In this document: in pieces, positions 8,801-18,375 of the stretch
How positions within the stretch are numbered: the first letter of the stretch is position 1
Layout: each line of letters starts with the position of its first letter
Source: a virus
IMG/VR virus record: IMGVR_UViG_3300031857_000047
Location: 1-64,000 of that record
Strand: one strand, 5' to 3'
Length of the DNA stretch: 64,000 nucleotides
The notes under the pieces: model-generated
Seen by the model: only the letters and a program-made list of their open reading frames with translations
Told to the model about the DNA's origin: nothing
Database searches by the model: none
Made by a program: the position numbers and the translations under genes

Positions 8801-9143
8801 TTTTTGCGTATCCAACAGTTTCACGTTCAATGTCATCGTGATCAAACTCTGCCCAATATAGTTCAAACGCAATACAATCTGTCACAGCTTCAAATTGATG
8901 ATATTCACCTGGCGCTACCTTAGTGTACTGTCCTGCTGTTAGCAATGTTTCATCTACTAGGTCGTAATTGTTTTTCCACACACGAATGATCATTTCACCC
9001 TTTTCAACAAAAAAACCATTCCACTTATATCGATGTTTATGTTTAGAACATGTGCCACCTTTTTTAGCTTCAATGCGATGAAACTCTAATACACCGTTTG
9101 CTTCAAGGAGTTCTGTTTGACCCCATACTTTTCCTGCTTTCAT
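8787..9143 (-). CDS. Cupin-domain protein (sugar isomerase-like)
   Basis: SKHKH...FFVEKG...PGEYHQF cupin motifs. Confidence 0.8.
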   Translation of the reverse strand: MKAGKVWGQTELLEANGVLEFHRIEAKKGGTCSKHKHRYKWNGFFVEKGEMIIRVWKNNYDLVDETLLTAGQYTKVAPGEYHQFEAVTDCIAFELYWAEFDHDDIERETVGYAKNGKS

Positions 9144-9676
9144 ATTTTCTCCAAAAAACTGTAATTCTTATTAGGCGATAGAAACCAAACATTGTCTGGT
9201 CCTACTTCAAATGTTCCAAACTTATCCTTAACTGCTTGATTAACTGCTGGAAAGTTAATGTCGTGACCAATAAACCATCCAGTGTCTTTCAGCTTAGGAA
9301 TCCATGCATTTAAGTCTCTAGTAACTGATTTATATCCGTGTCCTGCATCGATAAAAAAGAAATCTAGACTCTTATCCGGAACCGACACTGCCATATCCCA
9401 ACTAATACCTTCAAGGACTGTTAATCTATTATTATATTTTTTTTGAACTTTTTGATTGTAAAATTGGTCAATTTGTTTATCAACAGCATACATGTTTAAT
9501 GCTGGATTATTTTCTAACAGACAAAATAAAGTTCGACCCTCTCGAACTCCGATTTCTGCACCAGTAGTCCATTTATGGTGATTGACAAGATCGTTTATAA
9601 AATATTCTCTACGATTTTGAGAGTGTTTGCTATTGTAAGTCAATGGAACATTTAAAAGAATCTTACCAGCTTTCAT
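9140..9676 (-). CDS. Class I SAM methyltransferase (Methyltransf_24-like)
   Basis: GAEIGVREG, DFFFIDAGH, GHD motifs. Confidence 0.8.
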   Translation of the reverse strand: MKAGKILLNVPLTYNSKHSQNRREYFINDLVNHHKWTTGAEIGVREGRTLFCLLENNPALNMYAVDKQIDQFYNQKVQKKYNNRLTVLEGISWDMAVSVPDKSLDFFFIDAGHGYKSVTRDLNAWIPKLKDTGWFIGHDINFPAVNQAVKDKFGTFEVGPDNVWFLSPNKNYSFLEKI

Positions 9677-10179
9677 ATCACTTTATCCAATTGCAGTACT
9701 TCGCTTTGTCTACTTATTTCTTTAACAAAATATGCACAAGGCGGATTTGGTCCGTCGTGTAACGGAACCGTTAATAATTGACCATTTTTCATTTTTGGAA
9801 AATACCATCGAACGTCTTGATAGATATTTACTATTTCTATGTTCATGTACTCACACTTAAATCCATTAATAGGATTAAAGATAAAAGCATCAAACCCTCG
9901 CTCATTCAAACTGGTAAGTGGCAATACTTCTGGATCAAGGCCGCAATCTCTATCGCCAACAACCATACACCAATCTAAAGGCATTTGTACTTCATAGCCG
10001 CCGATGCTTAATAAAATTGCAGGACTATTGAAACTTTCTAAGAAAATTAACGGCATGAAGAAAAAATCCGGCTCGTTGGGATTAGAATTATCTAAGACTG
10101 AAAATCTAGTATCTTCGTCTACCTCATCTGGTAATTCATTTAGGTCAAAAGACCTATTGTTTAATGTTAGTATTTTCAT
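9673..10179 (-). CDS. Hypothetical beta-rich protein
   Basis: 168-aa ORF coupled to uvsW by ATGA overlap. Confidence 0.7.
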   Translation of the reverse strand: MKILTLNNRSFDLNELPDEVDEDTRFSVLDNSNPNEPDFFFMPLIFLESFNSPAILLSIGGYEVQMPLDWCMVVGDRDCGLDPEVLPLTSLNERGFDAFIFNPINGFKCEYMNIEIVNIYQDVRWYFPKMKNGQLLTVPLHDGPNPPCAYFVKEISRQSEVLQLDKVI

Positions 10180-11630
10180 ATGTTTACCTTAGTAATTGTA
10201 AAGGGGTATTTCGCCTCCTTGTAGTATTTTTTTCGTTCAGTTAAATGTCTTTTAGAATATTTGCAGGCGCTGGTTATATCCCAGATTTCCACGTGGTCTT
10301 TGTCTTCCGCTTTTCTAATGCCTCGCCCAATACTTTGTATAACTCTAACAAAGCTCTTTCCGGGTTCAACAAGAACCAAATTAAAAATCCTTGGAATATT
10401 AATACCCACAGCGGCCACACCGTAAGTCGCCACAATAATCTTGCCATCACTTGTTTTAATCTCGTCATATTCTTCCTTTCGGTCGTCTAGTTTCATCCCG
10501 CCACTGACAAACACAGCTTCAGGTATACGTTCGATTAATTTGTTCCCGGTGTCAATTCTATTGATTAAAACAAGGGTATTGCCAGACAATGCCAACGATT
10601 TAATTTTATTTGCCATCCATGTAATTCTAGAATCATCAGTCACTAGAAATGCATATTCATCAGCAAAACTTCTAAACACTTGAACTTCATTAGTTTGTAA
10701 AATATTAATTTGTAATTGTGCTAGCACACCCTTTTCTTGTAGATCGTGTGCAGACACTTGATTGATAACGGGACCAATACTGGCAAGAATGCCCTGAAAT
10801 TCCCACGCTTCTTTAGGTATAGTTCCAGTAAGTCCCCAACGGATTGCACAGTTATTAAAATTCTGTGTCAACAATTTTGTCAGTACTTCTGCTTTAGCTT
10901 GATGAACTTCATCAATGATAATTGCCGATACACCAGCAGTAAATTCCGCCAACGACAACGTATCGTCGTCATAGCTTTTCTTATCTAATACATTAAGACT
11001 TTGCCATGTGCATATAGTGTGAGTCTTGTTTAATTCTTTTCTATCACCGAAATAAACTCCAACATCTAGTCCAAGGTTTTTGTAGTCTTCCTCAGTTTGT
11101 ACAACAAGAGATTTGTTCGGAACAATAACCATCGTACGCCCATACGTCTCACAAAGATGCGATAGTGTCGCTGTAGTAATCGTTTTGCCTGCACCTGTTG
11201 CTACCTCCTGTAATGATTGTGGGTTTTCTAAAAACTTGTTTACAACATCAAATTGATAATCTCTCAGAATGATGGGCTTACCTGCTTCCGGATGCCCTTT
11301 AGGCCATGTCTTGCCTTTATCTGCCCAATAGTTTTCAGTGACTGCTTGAAATTCTATTTTGTTATGTTGGCGCAAATCATCAATTTCAATTTCATATCCA
11401 GCATCTTCAACGATAGGTAGAATGACGTCTAGATGTGCAAGATAGCCAGTGCCTCCAATACCAAAATATGTTTTTGTTCCATCCCATCGACCTAGTTTAA
11501 AGGCAGGCATATGACGGGCATAAGGCAAATCAAATTTCAATTTGTTAACAATTTTTCTTCGTGTTTCAACACTAAGTCCTTCTAACTTAATGTTGACTTC
11601 ATCTCGAATTACTAGTTTACAAAGTGACAA
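10176..11630 (-). CDS. uvsW: SF2 helicase UvsW-like
   Basis: LRDYQ, ATGAGKT, DEVH, GLTGT, QSIGRG. Confidence 0.88.
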   Translation of the reverse strand: MSLCKLVIRDEVNIKLEGLSVETRRKIVNKLKFDLPYARHMPAFKLGRWDGTKTYFGIGGTGYLAHLDVILPIVEDAGYEIEIDDLRQHNKIEFQAVTENYWADKGKTWPKGHPEAGKPIILRDYQFDVVNKFLENPQSLQEVATGAGKTITTATLSHLCETYGRTMVIVPNKSLVVQTEEDYKNLGLDVGVYFGDRKELNKTHTICTWQSLNVLDKKSYDDDTLSLAEFTAGVSAIIIDEVHQAKAEVLTKLLTQNFNNCAIRWGLTGTIPKEAWEFQGILASIGPVINQVSAHDLQEKGVLAQLQINILQTNEVQVFRSFADEYAFLVTDDSRITWMANKIKSLALSGNTLVLINRIDTGNKLIERIPEAVFVSGGMKLDDRKEEYDEIKTSDGKIIVATYGVAAVGINIPRIFNLVLVEPGKSFVRVIQSIGRGIRKAEDKDHVEIWDITSACKYSKRHLTERKKYYKEAKYPFTITKVNI

Positions 11631-12813
11631 TTTGTTGTTTCCTTATTGGAGTAGGTTTGATATCTCCCAAATAACAAACACATGGATGAACTGATAACCA
11701 TGCAGATGTTGTCGGTTCATTGATAGGTGTGTAGCTATTTGTAATAACTATTTTAACATCAATGTTGTCTTTAAACAACCACTTAGGTGGTTTCTGAAGA
11801 AATATTAAAATCTTTCCATCTCGTACTGTGCCGCCAAGTGCATTGTCCTTAATCCACTCATTTAATTTTGATTTCTTTTCTACAGGATCTCTAAAACAAA
11901 CTTTTATTTCGGATCGCAGAATGCCTGCAAGATCTGCCTCGCCTATAAATTTTGTAAGCCATTCGATAATATTTTGAGTGTTTCGATCTATTAACACACA
12001 AGTAATTCCGTTTATATCTTTGTGAAGATCAAAAAATTCCTTGTTAGTTTTCAACCAAAAATGTTTAGAGCTCGATTCACATATACGCTCTAAAGGAGTT
12101 TTTGTAGGCCTATCAAAAATCACCGGATAGCCCATTGATTTTGCTAGAAATAAATCGTGCTGAAAATTATTTAATTTATGTGCTTGATAAAAATTTTGTG
12201 CGTCGTCTGTAGAATTTATTAATCTAATATCGTTATCTACAATTTCTGCACGTGGTATAATTTGTTCTTGTTGATTCCAAATTTCTGCAACATTATCGAC
12301 TAATTTTAAGAACGATTCGTCGAGTTCAAATTCGTGTTTTCTTAAAAATTCTTCTAGGTGAATTACATTAAATTTGTAAACATCTAGCACTCTAATTTTT
12401 CTTTCAACATCCCATTGACTAGCGCCGTAGCTTAATTGACTAACGTTAAATTCTTTGTCAAACACATCTTTTAGAGAATATGGAAATTTTAAACAGATAG
12501 AAATATCACCGTCATTGTTTTCTTCTACAAACACTTTTTTAGAAAGATCTAATTTTCTAAAGCTGTTTTTCCATATTGGCGACTCGATTAACGTACCATA
12601 GTCAATTCCCAACCTCTTAGAATGAGATTTATATTTTACTAATATTTTTAGTAAAAAATTGCCCTGATTTGCGGTCAATTGATTGCCCATTGAAATCTGA
12701 TTGTAAAAACTGTGCATGGCTGCACTATCTTGATCCATTAGAATCTCTACATCCAAAATTGTTTGGTTATAAAATTCAAGGAACAGATCTTCAATGTAAG
12801 AGAACTTTGACAT
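11617..12813 (-). CDS. Hypothetical protein
   Basis: 398-aa ORF heading the uvsW operon. Confidence 0.7.
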   Translation of the reverse strand: MSKFSYIEDLFLEFYNQTILDVEILMDQDSAAMHSFYNQISMGNQLTANQGNFLLKILVKYKSHSKRLGIDYGTLIESPIWKNSFRKLDLSKKVFVEENNDGDISICLKFPYSLKDVFDKEFNVSQLSYGASQWDVERKIRVLDVYKFNVIHLEEFLRKHEFELDESFLKLVDNVAEIWNQQEQIIPRAEIVDNDIRLINSTDDAQNFYQAHKLNNFQHDLFLAKSMGYPVIFDRPTKTPLERICESSSKHFWLKTNKEFFDLHKDINGITCVLIDRNTQNIIEWLTKFIGEADLAGILRSEIKVCFRDPVEKKSKLNEWIKDNALGGTVRDGKILIFLQKPPKWLFKDNIDVKIVITNSYTPINEPTTSAWLSVHPCVCYLGDIKPTPIRKQQIVTL

Positions 12814-12819
12814 ATTAAT

Positions 12820-12848
12820 ACTATACTGTATTTTTTCGTAAAAGTCAA
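12820..12848 (-). promoter_or_regulatory. Sigma70-type promoter (TTGACT-N17-TATAGT, 6 nt before ATG)
   Basis: Read directly; heads a long coupled minus-strand operon. Confidence 0.7.
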
Positions 12849-13696
12849 TGATTATTTAGGTAATTTTTTAACTCTGGTATAAGCCTATTGATTGGTATAC
12901 CTTGGGCTATTTCGTTTACAGTCCATTCGGTGTGACATAATTTTAAAAACCATTCTTGTCTATCAGGCAAACTTGGGTCGGCAATATTCTCTATACGGTC
13001 ACTGACAGGAAATGCCAAACTTGACTGGTGACAAACCACCGGTATACCGTTAATTGCCGCTTGAACAGCCGGACCACTGTTGTGATTGATTACACAGTGA
13101 TAGCGGTAATCGATATCAAAGGCATCGTAGCTGCCAACAATTTTTTTAGGAGTTTCGATGACTACTCCGGGAACATTAAGCGTAAAAGGAGATCTAGGAT
13201 GTGGTCGCACTACAATGGATTTATCGGTAAATTTCCTAATTTCTGTGATTTTTTGTCGGACCCACTCTGCCATTGAAGGTTGGCCTTCCCATTGAAGACT
13301 ACGGTCGTGTTGACAGGCAATTAAAATTTTATTATTCCTTTCCTGTTGAAAAAATTTTAAATCTATTCCAATTGCGCTCGGCCTATTTTTGTCAAGATTT
13401 TCAGTATTTCCAAAAATTCCATGGCTATGTATGTGGTCTAAACTGACCCGCCATGTTTCGCCCCTACGTAAATTTCCAACTTCAATTATCAGCACTGGTT
13501 TTTTTAGTTTACGGCATTGATTGTATATCAGTTGGTTTCGTTGCATACGTCCGTGCCATAATACTGACCAAATGACATCAACATCTTGACCGTGATCTAC
13601 CACAGAAAATCCAAGTTTTTGTATTCCCTGCTCTAATGCTGCAAATATAGGAACACTGTTTAATGCACCATTTTCTTTGTGAATTTTGAATTTCAT
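12845..13696 (-). CDS. GT-B fold capsule-biosynthesis-like (KpsS/KpsC-like) glycosyltransferase
   Basis: CQHDRS, VVRPHP, HNSGPAVQAAINGIPV, WT..EI..G; likely start MKFKI at 13696. Confidence 0.6.
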   Translation of the reverse strand: MKFKIHKENGALNSVPIFAALEQGIQKLGFSVVDHGQDVDVIWSVLWHGRMQRNQLIYNQCRKLKKPVLIIEVGNLRRGETWRVSLDHIHSHGIFGNTENLDKNRPSAIGIDLKFFQQERNNKILIACQHDRSLQWEGQPSMAEWVRQKITEIRKFTDKSIVVRPHPRSPFTLNVPGVVIETPKKIVGSYDAFDIDYRYHCVINHNSGPAVQAAINGIPVVCHQSSLAFPVSDRIENIADPSLPDRQEWFLKLCHTEWTVNEIAQGIPINRLIPELKNYLNNH

Positions 13697-13703
13697 TGTC
13701 AAA

Positions 13704-13721
13704 TAAATATATGTGTATTTA
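13704..13721. promoter_or_regulatory. Face-to-face pair of TAAATA late-type promoters
   Basis: TAAATA on + at 13704-13709 and on - at 13716-13721, between divergent genes. Confidence 0.45.
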
Positions 13722-13731
13722 ATGAATAACT

Positions 13732-14130
13732 GTGATGAAATTTTCAAAACGATTAAAAAAATCTAATAAACAAGCACGTAATATCCTTGTGCTAGGCACA
13801 GCATTGGGAAATCTCGAGGATCTTCTTGACACATTTGATACAGTGTTTGTAGTTAATGAACTAGAACCCCGTATTCGAAAACGAAATGCAGTTTATAGAG
13901 AGAATTTTGATAATATTCACTTACTCACTGATATTGATTTTATAATTGTGGATTTCAATCAAGAAAAATTCATACCAGAATTAACTCAAATATGGCGTAG
14001 AACTGCTCCTACTATTATTATTCAAGGACCGGAATTAATTTCTGCAGAATGTCAAAAAATACTCAAGGCTGATCATTATGCAATCCGAGAAGTTGCTAAA
14101 GGTTATTACGTTTGGAAAAATAAAATATGA
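13732..14130 (+). CDS. Hypothetical protein, degenerate Rossmann/methyltransferase-like
   Basis: ILVLGTALG...DFIIVD pattern. Confidence 0.5.
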   Translation: MMKFSKRLKKSNKQARNILVLGTALGNLEDLLDTFDTVFVVNELEPRIRKRNAVYRENFDNIHLLTDIDFIIVDFNQEKFIPELTQIWRRTAPTIIIQGPELISAECQKILKADHYAIREVAKGYYVWKNKI

Positions 14131-14178
14131 CCAGTAAATTTACCATAAATAAAACACTCTAATACTGTTAGGAAACCT

Positions 14179-15192
14179 ATGAAAAAAATTGCCTTTGTGA
14201 CAGGGATGACTGGTCAAGACGGACCGTACCTTGCTAAATTACTTGTAGAAAAAGATTATAAAGTTTATGGTCTAGTTAAACGTTATTCAAATCCAAATTT
14301 AGATAATATTAAATTTTTAGGAATTGAAAACGACGTAGAATTAATTACAGGAGATATTACCGATGATGGATGTATGAATCATTTGGTAAAAAGCCTAAAA
14401 CCCAATGAATTTTATAATCTCGCTGCACAAAGTTTTGTAGGAGCTAGTTGGGATCTAAATAAAATGACTACCGAAGTTAATGCTGTGGGCGTTTTAAATA
14501 TTCTTAACGCAATTAAACAACATAACCCAGATACTAGATATTATCAAGCAAGCACCAGTGAAATGTTTGGTAATAGTATTGAAATTTCAGGAGGACAGCA
14601 GGACGAGCACACTCCGTTCTGGCCACGTAGTCCGTATGGTGTTGCTAAATTGTATGCATACTGGATGACTGTAAATTTCCGTGAAAGTTATAGTCTACAT
14701 GCATCAAACGGAATCTTGTTTAATCATGAAAGTCCTATTAGAGGCAAAGAATTTGTCACTAGAAAAATTACAGACGGTGTTGCAAAAATTAAAATGGGAC
14801 TTGCTGACAAAATCACATTGGGTAATTTAGATGCAAAACGTGATTGGGGATTTGCCGGTGACTTTGTTGAAGCCATGTGGTTAATGTTGCAACAACCTGA
14901 GCCAGGCGATTATGTGATTGCCACTGGAGTACAATATACCATTGGTGATTTACTAGAACGTGCATTTAAATATGCCGGCATTGACAATTGGCAAAAATAT
15001 ATTGAAACTAATCCTGCATTTGTGCGGCCTGCAGAATTGCACAGCCTTTGCGGCAATCCTACAAAAGCAGAAACTGTACTAGGATGGAAACGTAAAACTG
15101 ATTTTGACGGTCTTGTTAAAATGATGGTTGAAGCAGATATTAATCGATATAGTAAGACACACGGTATCGATTGGACACTACAAACAAAATGA
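14179..15192 (+). CDS. gmd: GDP-mannose 4,6-dehydratase
   Basis: TGMTGQDG, NLAAQSFV, QASTSE, SPYGVAK, FNHESP, RDWG. Confidence 0.95.
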   Translation: MKKIAFVTGMTGQDGPYLAKLLVEKDYKVYGLVKRYSNPNLDNIKFLGIENDVELITGDITDDGCMNHLVKSLKPNEFYNLAAQSFVGASWDLNKMTTEVNAVGVLNILNAIKQHNPDTRYYQASTSEMFGNSIEISGGQQDEHTPFWPRSPYGVAKLYAYWMTVNFRESYSLHASNGILFNHESPIRGKEFVTRKITDGVAKIKMGLADKITLGNLDAKRDWGFAGDFVEAMWLMLQQPEPGDYVIATGVQYTIGDLLERAFKYAGIDNWQKYIETNPAFVRPAELHSLCGNPTKAETVLGWKRKTDFDGLVKMMVEADINRYSKTHGIDWTLQTK

Positions 15193-15232
15193 AAAAGAAT
15201 TAATTCTTTAATATAGTTTGAAAGTATTAGAA

Positions 15233-15898
15233 ATGAAGAGTTATATTATTTGTTTAAGTCAAATAGAGTCTAGTTTTTCAAGTGCTGTGAAGTTAAAAAA
15301 ATCGTTAGATATGTTTAATATGGAATCTGAATTATTTGAAGGAACATACGGAAACGATGCTCGTAAACAATATATCGAAGAACATAGATTGCGGCACCCC
15401 TGGGGCTTTAAAGGTCCTACTATGCCGTATTCTGAAAGTTTTCGAAATGAAATTCCGCCGGCGGGAGAAATTGGATGTTTCTACAGTCATTACAGGCTAT
15501 GGCAAATGTGCGTAGAAATCAACAAATCTATTATAATATTTGAAGACGATGTTGTAGTAGTGCGTCCTTATATTCCTGTTAATTGGGACGATATTTTAAG
15601 TTTAGCATTTAGCCATCCAAACAAAATGATAAGATATCGTCATTACTTAGACACTCCAACTGGATTGCCGGAGGCTGTACATTACAGATCGTCAAGTATG
15701 CCTGGAAACGGAGGGTATGCAATACATCCGCATGCCGCAAAAAAATTAGTTGAAACTTATGCCAATACATATTTGCCTGCAGATAATGCAATCAATCAAT
15801 ATATAGTTAAAATACAGATACATAATTATATGATGGGGGCTGCTACTAATGAGCACGAAGGAAATATTAGTTTGATTAACACACAAGTTTGGGATTAA
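15233..15898 (+). CDS. Glycosyltransferase family 25
   Basis: GEIGCFYSH..LW, IFEDD, GYAI, PAD motifs; likely start MKSY. Confidence 0.8.
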   Translation: MKSYIICLSQIESSFSSAVKLKKSLDMFNMESELFEGTYGNDARKQYIEEHRLRHPWGFKGPTMPYSESFRNEIPPAGEIGCFYSHYRLWQMCVEINKSIIIFEDDVVVVRPYIPVNWDDILSLAFSHPNKMIRYRHYLDTPTGLPEAVHYRSSSMPGNGGYAIHPHAAKKLVETYANTYLPADNAINQYIVKIQIHNYMMGAATNEHEGNISLINTQVWD

Positions 15899-15902
15899 TT
15901 AT

Positions 15903-16712
15903 ATGAAAAAAGCAGTAGTTACCACATTTCATAAGGCCGGTTATGAACAATACGGCCGAAGAATGATTGAAACTTTTTTGCAAAACTGGCCGAAGGACAT
16001 AACCTTGCATGTCTATGCTGAAGACTGCAATATAACTGAACAGGCCGACAATCTTGTGATCCACGATCTACATGCCTCTGTTCCAGAATTAGTTGCCTTT
16101 AAAACTCGTTGGAAAAACGATCCCAAAGCTAGAGGCGAAATGCCCCAGGGTCCAGTAGATCGAAAAGGCAAGCAATTGGGTATTGGCTTTCGATGGGATG
16201 CTATTCGATTTAGTCATAAAGTATATTCAGTATGCCACGCTGCTGCCAATTGCAATGCTGATATATTATTATGGATGGATGCTGATATGGTCTGTCATAC
16301 ACCTATACCACATCATTTCATTGATAAAATGATAGACGGATACGGACTTGGATTTTTAGGCAGACCTAATAAGTTTACAGAATGTGGATTATACTCTATG
16401 GACCTGCGTGATGCTGCTACGCAAGTTTTTATAAAAGAATTTCAAGCAGTATACGACAGCGGCTCATTGTTTAATATGAAAGAATATAACGATTGTTGGG
16501 CGTTTGACGAGGTTAGAAAATCTGTAATTAAAAGACATACTGCATGGAAATGGAATGATTGGTGCAACGGATTGATCAAAGGAGAAGGACATCCCTTGAT
16601 TAATAGTGCATGGGGTGCCTATCTAGATCACCTTAAAGGCGATAGAAAAAATTACGGTAAAAGTCGTAAAACTGATTTAATCGTAAGACGTGCAGAAAGC
16701 TATTGGAGATAA
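15903..16712 (+). CDS. GT-A fold nucleotide-diphospho-sugar transferase
   Basis: RFSHKV, LWMDAD (DxD), ECG, DCWAF, HLKG. Confidence 0.7.
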   Translation: MKKAVVTTFHKAGYEQYGRRMIETFLQNWPKDITLHVYAEDCNITEQADNLVIHDLHASVPELVAFKTRWKNDPKARGEMPQGPVDRKGKQLGIGFRWDAIRFSHKVYSVCHAAANCNADILLWMDADMVCHTPIPHHFIDKMIDGYGLGFLGRPNKFTECGLYSMDLRDAATQVFIKEFQAVYDSGSLFNMKEYNDCWAFDEVRKSVIKRHTAWKWNDWCNGLIKGEGHPLINSAWGAYLDHLKGDRKNYGKSRKTDLIVRRAESYWR

Positions 16713-16714
16713 TA

Positions 16715-17443
16715 ATGCGAACAATAGCAGCAGTGACAACCATGAATCAAGCATATTATGACACTATAGGTCATCGATTAATTGATACATTTATAAAGTA
16801 TTGGCCAAAAGATGTTAATCTATATGTGTTTACAGAAAACTTTACATTGCCAGTTTCAGCACCTAATATAATTGTTAAAGATTTATTCGCAGAATGTAAT
16901 CCCGGATTAGAAAATTTTTTAACTTGGCGAGGAAAACATTTTACTAGAAAGTTTGCCTATAAAGCATACTGCTGGATAAATGCTTGTAAAATTCTTCAAG
17001 AAGATGTATTGATGTACCTAGACGCTGATACAGAAACTAAAAAAGAAGTCTCACTTAAATGGTTGCTTTCAGTTTTACCAAAAGATCAATTACTGGCCTA
17101 CATGCATGCCATTGCAGAAATCACTGACGAGGGTAAACTTGTTGAAGTTGATAATGCTGAAACTTGTATATATTGGTTTAATAAAAAACATCCGTTTGCT
17201 AAACAATTTATGGATGATTACGAACACATATATGAATCTAGAGAAATTGACAACAACAAAATTTATATAAAACCGCACGATACATGGGTCATTGCCGAGT
17301 GTGTAAGACGTGCTGAAAAAAATAATGTAGGAATACTCAATTTACATCCAGCTAAAGACAGACGAACACCTTTAAAGAAAACTATTTTGCACGAATACTT
17401 TTCTCACTACAAAGGTAAAAGTAAATTTTCAGTTGACGATTAA
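16715..17443 (+). CDS. GT-A fold transferase, paralog of the preceding gene
   Basis: KFAYKA, YLDAD, HDTWV, HYKG in the same order. Confidence 0.68.
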   Translation: MRTIAAVTTMNQAYYDTIGHRLIDTFIKYWPKDVNLYVFTENFTLPVSAPNIIVKDLFAECNPGLENFLTWRGKHFTRKFAYKAYCWINACKILQEDVLMYLDADTETKKEVSLKWLLSVLPKDQLLAYMHAIAEITDEGKLVEVDNAETCIYWFNKKHPFAKQFMDDYEHIYESREIDNNKIYIKPHDTWVIAECVRRAEKNNVGILNLHPAKDRRTPLKKTILHEYFSHYKGKSKFSVDD

Positions 17444-18375
17444 ACAAACCGGCGCATGTGTGCCCAGCACTCGCCGTTTTCTATTTCGTTAAAATTCCAA
17501 TGAAACATTGCCAATCGATTAATCCACTGTTGTCTTTCAAATAGCGCAGGCTTTTCTATTTCTGCTAGAGATTTGTTAGCTATCTCTGAACATTGACTCC
17601 TTATTGGATCTGTTACAAAAATAGGATATCCCTCAATTGCTGCACCAACAGTTGGACTTGAATTATAATTAACTACTGCCCAACAATTTCTTAGATCGTC
17701 AACTAATGTTGTTCCGGGTTTAGATAATCTAATGCCCTTAAGAATACCTAACTTTTTCATTAAATTTTTAGGACTAAGATAATCGGAAGACCCTTTGTCT
17801 CCGGGATGTGCTCGAATAACAATATCTCTATCCGTATATTTTTTTATTTCTTTTATAGTTGAAGCAGTCCATTCTACAACATCATATCCGCCCATACTCC
17901 AACCGCCATTTCTTTGCAAACATAGCAGTATATGATTTCCGTTTTTTCTATAATCTTTTAAAGTTAAATTTAAATTTTTAGACAATTTAATCCAACGGTT
18001 AGGATCTATATCAGTATCGCAATATGTTCCAGTGTTAGGAAAAATTCCATCAAAACTATAACGTAGATAGTGTCCAGGATTGGCTGAATTATTATATAAA
18101 AACAAATTACTGTCTGCTAACAATACTCTCTTTTTAAGTTTTAGTTGAGTGTCTATTATTTGTTTTCTAAATAGAAGATGAGGGCTTTGTTTCGATCCTT
18201 CATGTACCCATCCTATACTCATAGCAACGTCGGCATCAATTAAGTTACGACCATTGTGATTAATAGCAATATCCCCTGACGCTGTCACTCCTTTACTAAA
18301 TCTAGTTAAGATTTCTCCTTTCTCAACATTTTTGTTATTAGGTGGTAGGCAATCTAGATAAGAAACAAATTTCAT
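17440..18375 (-). CDS. KpsS/KpsC-like GT-B glycosyltransferase
   Basis: LLCLQ, IRAHP, YNSSPTVGAAIEGYP, W...EI..G. Confidence 0.6.
   Translation of the reverse strand: MKFVSYLDCLPPNNKNVEKGEILTRFSKGVTASGDIAINHNGRNLIDADVAMSIGWVHEGSKQSPHLLFRKQIIDTQLKLKKRVLLADSNLFLYNNSANPGHYLRYSFDGIFPNTGTYCDTDIDPNRWIKLSKNLNLTLKDYRKNGNHILLCLQRNGGWSMGGYDVVEWTASTIKEIKKYTDRDIVIRAHPGDKGSSDYLSPKNLMKKLGILKGIRLSKPGTTLVDDLRNCWAVVNYNSSPTVGAAIEGYPIFVTDPIRSQCSEIANKSLAEIEKPALFERQQWINRLAMFHWNFNEIENGECWAHMRRFV

Noticed and set aside
15194-15209. Perfect 16-bp palindrome aaagaattaattcttt after gmd
   Set aside because: Almost all A/T in an AT-rich region and seen once; could be chance or a weak terminator
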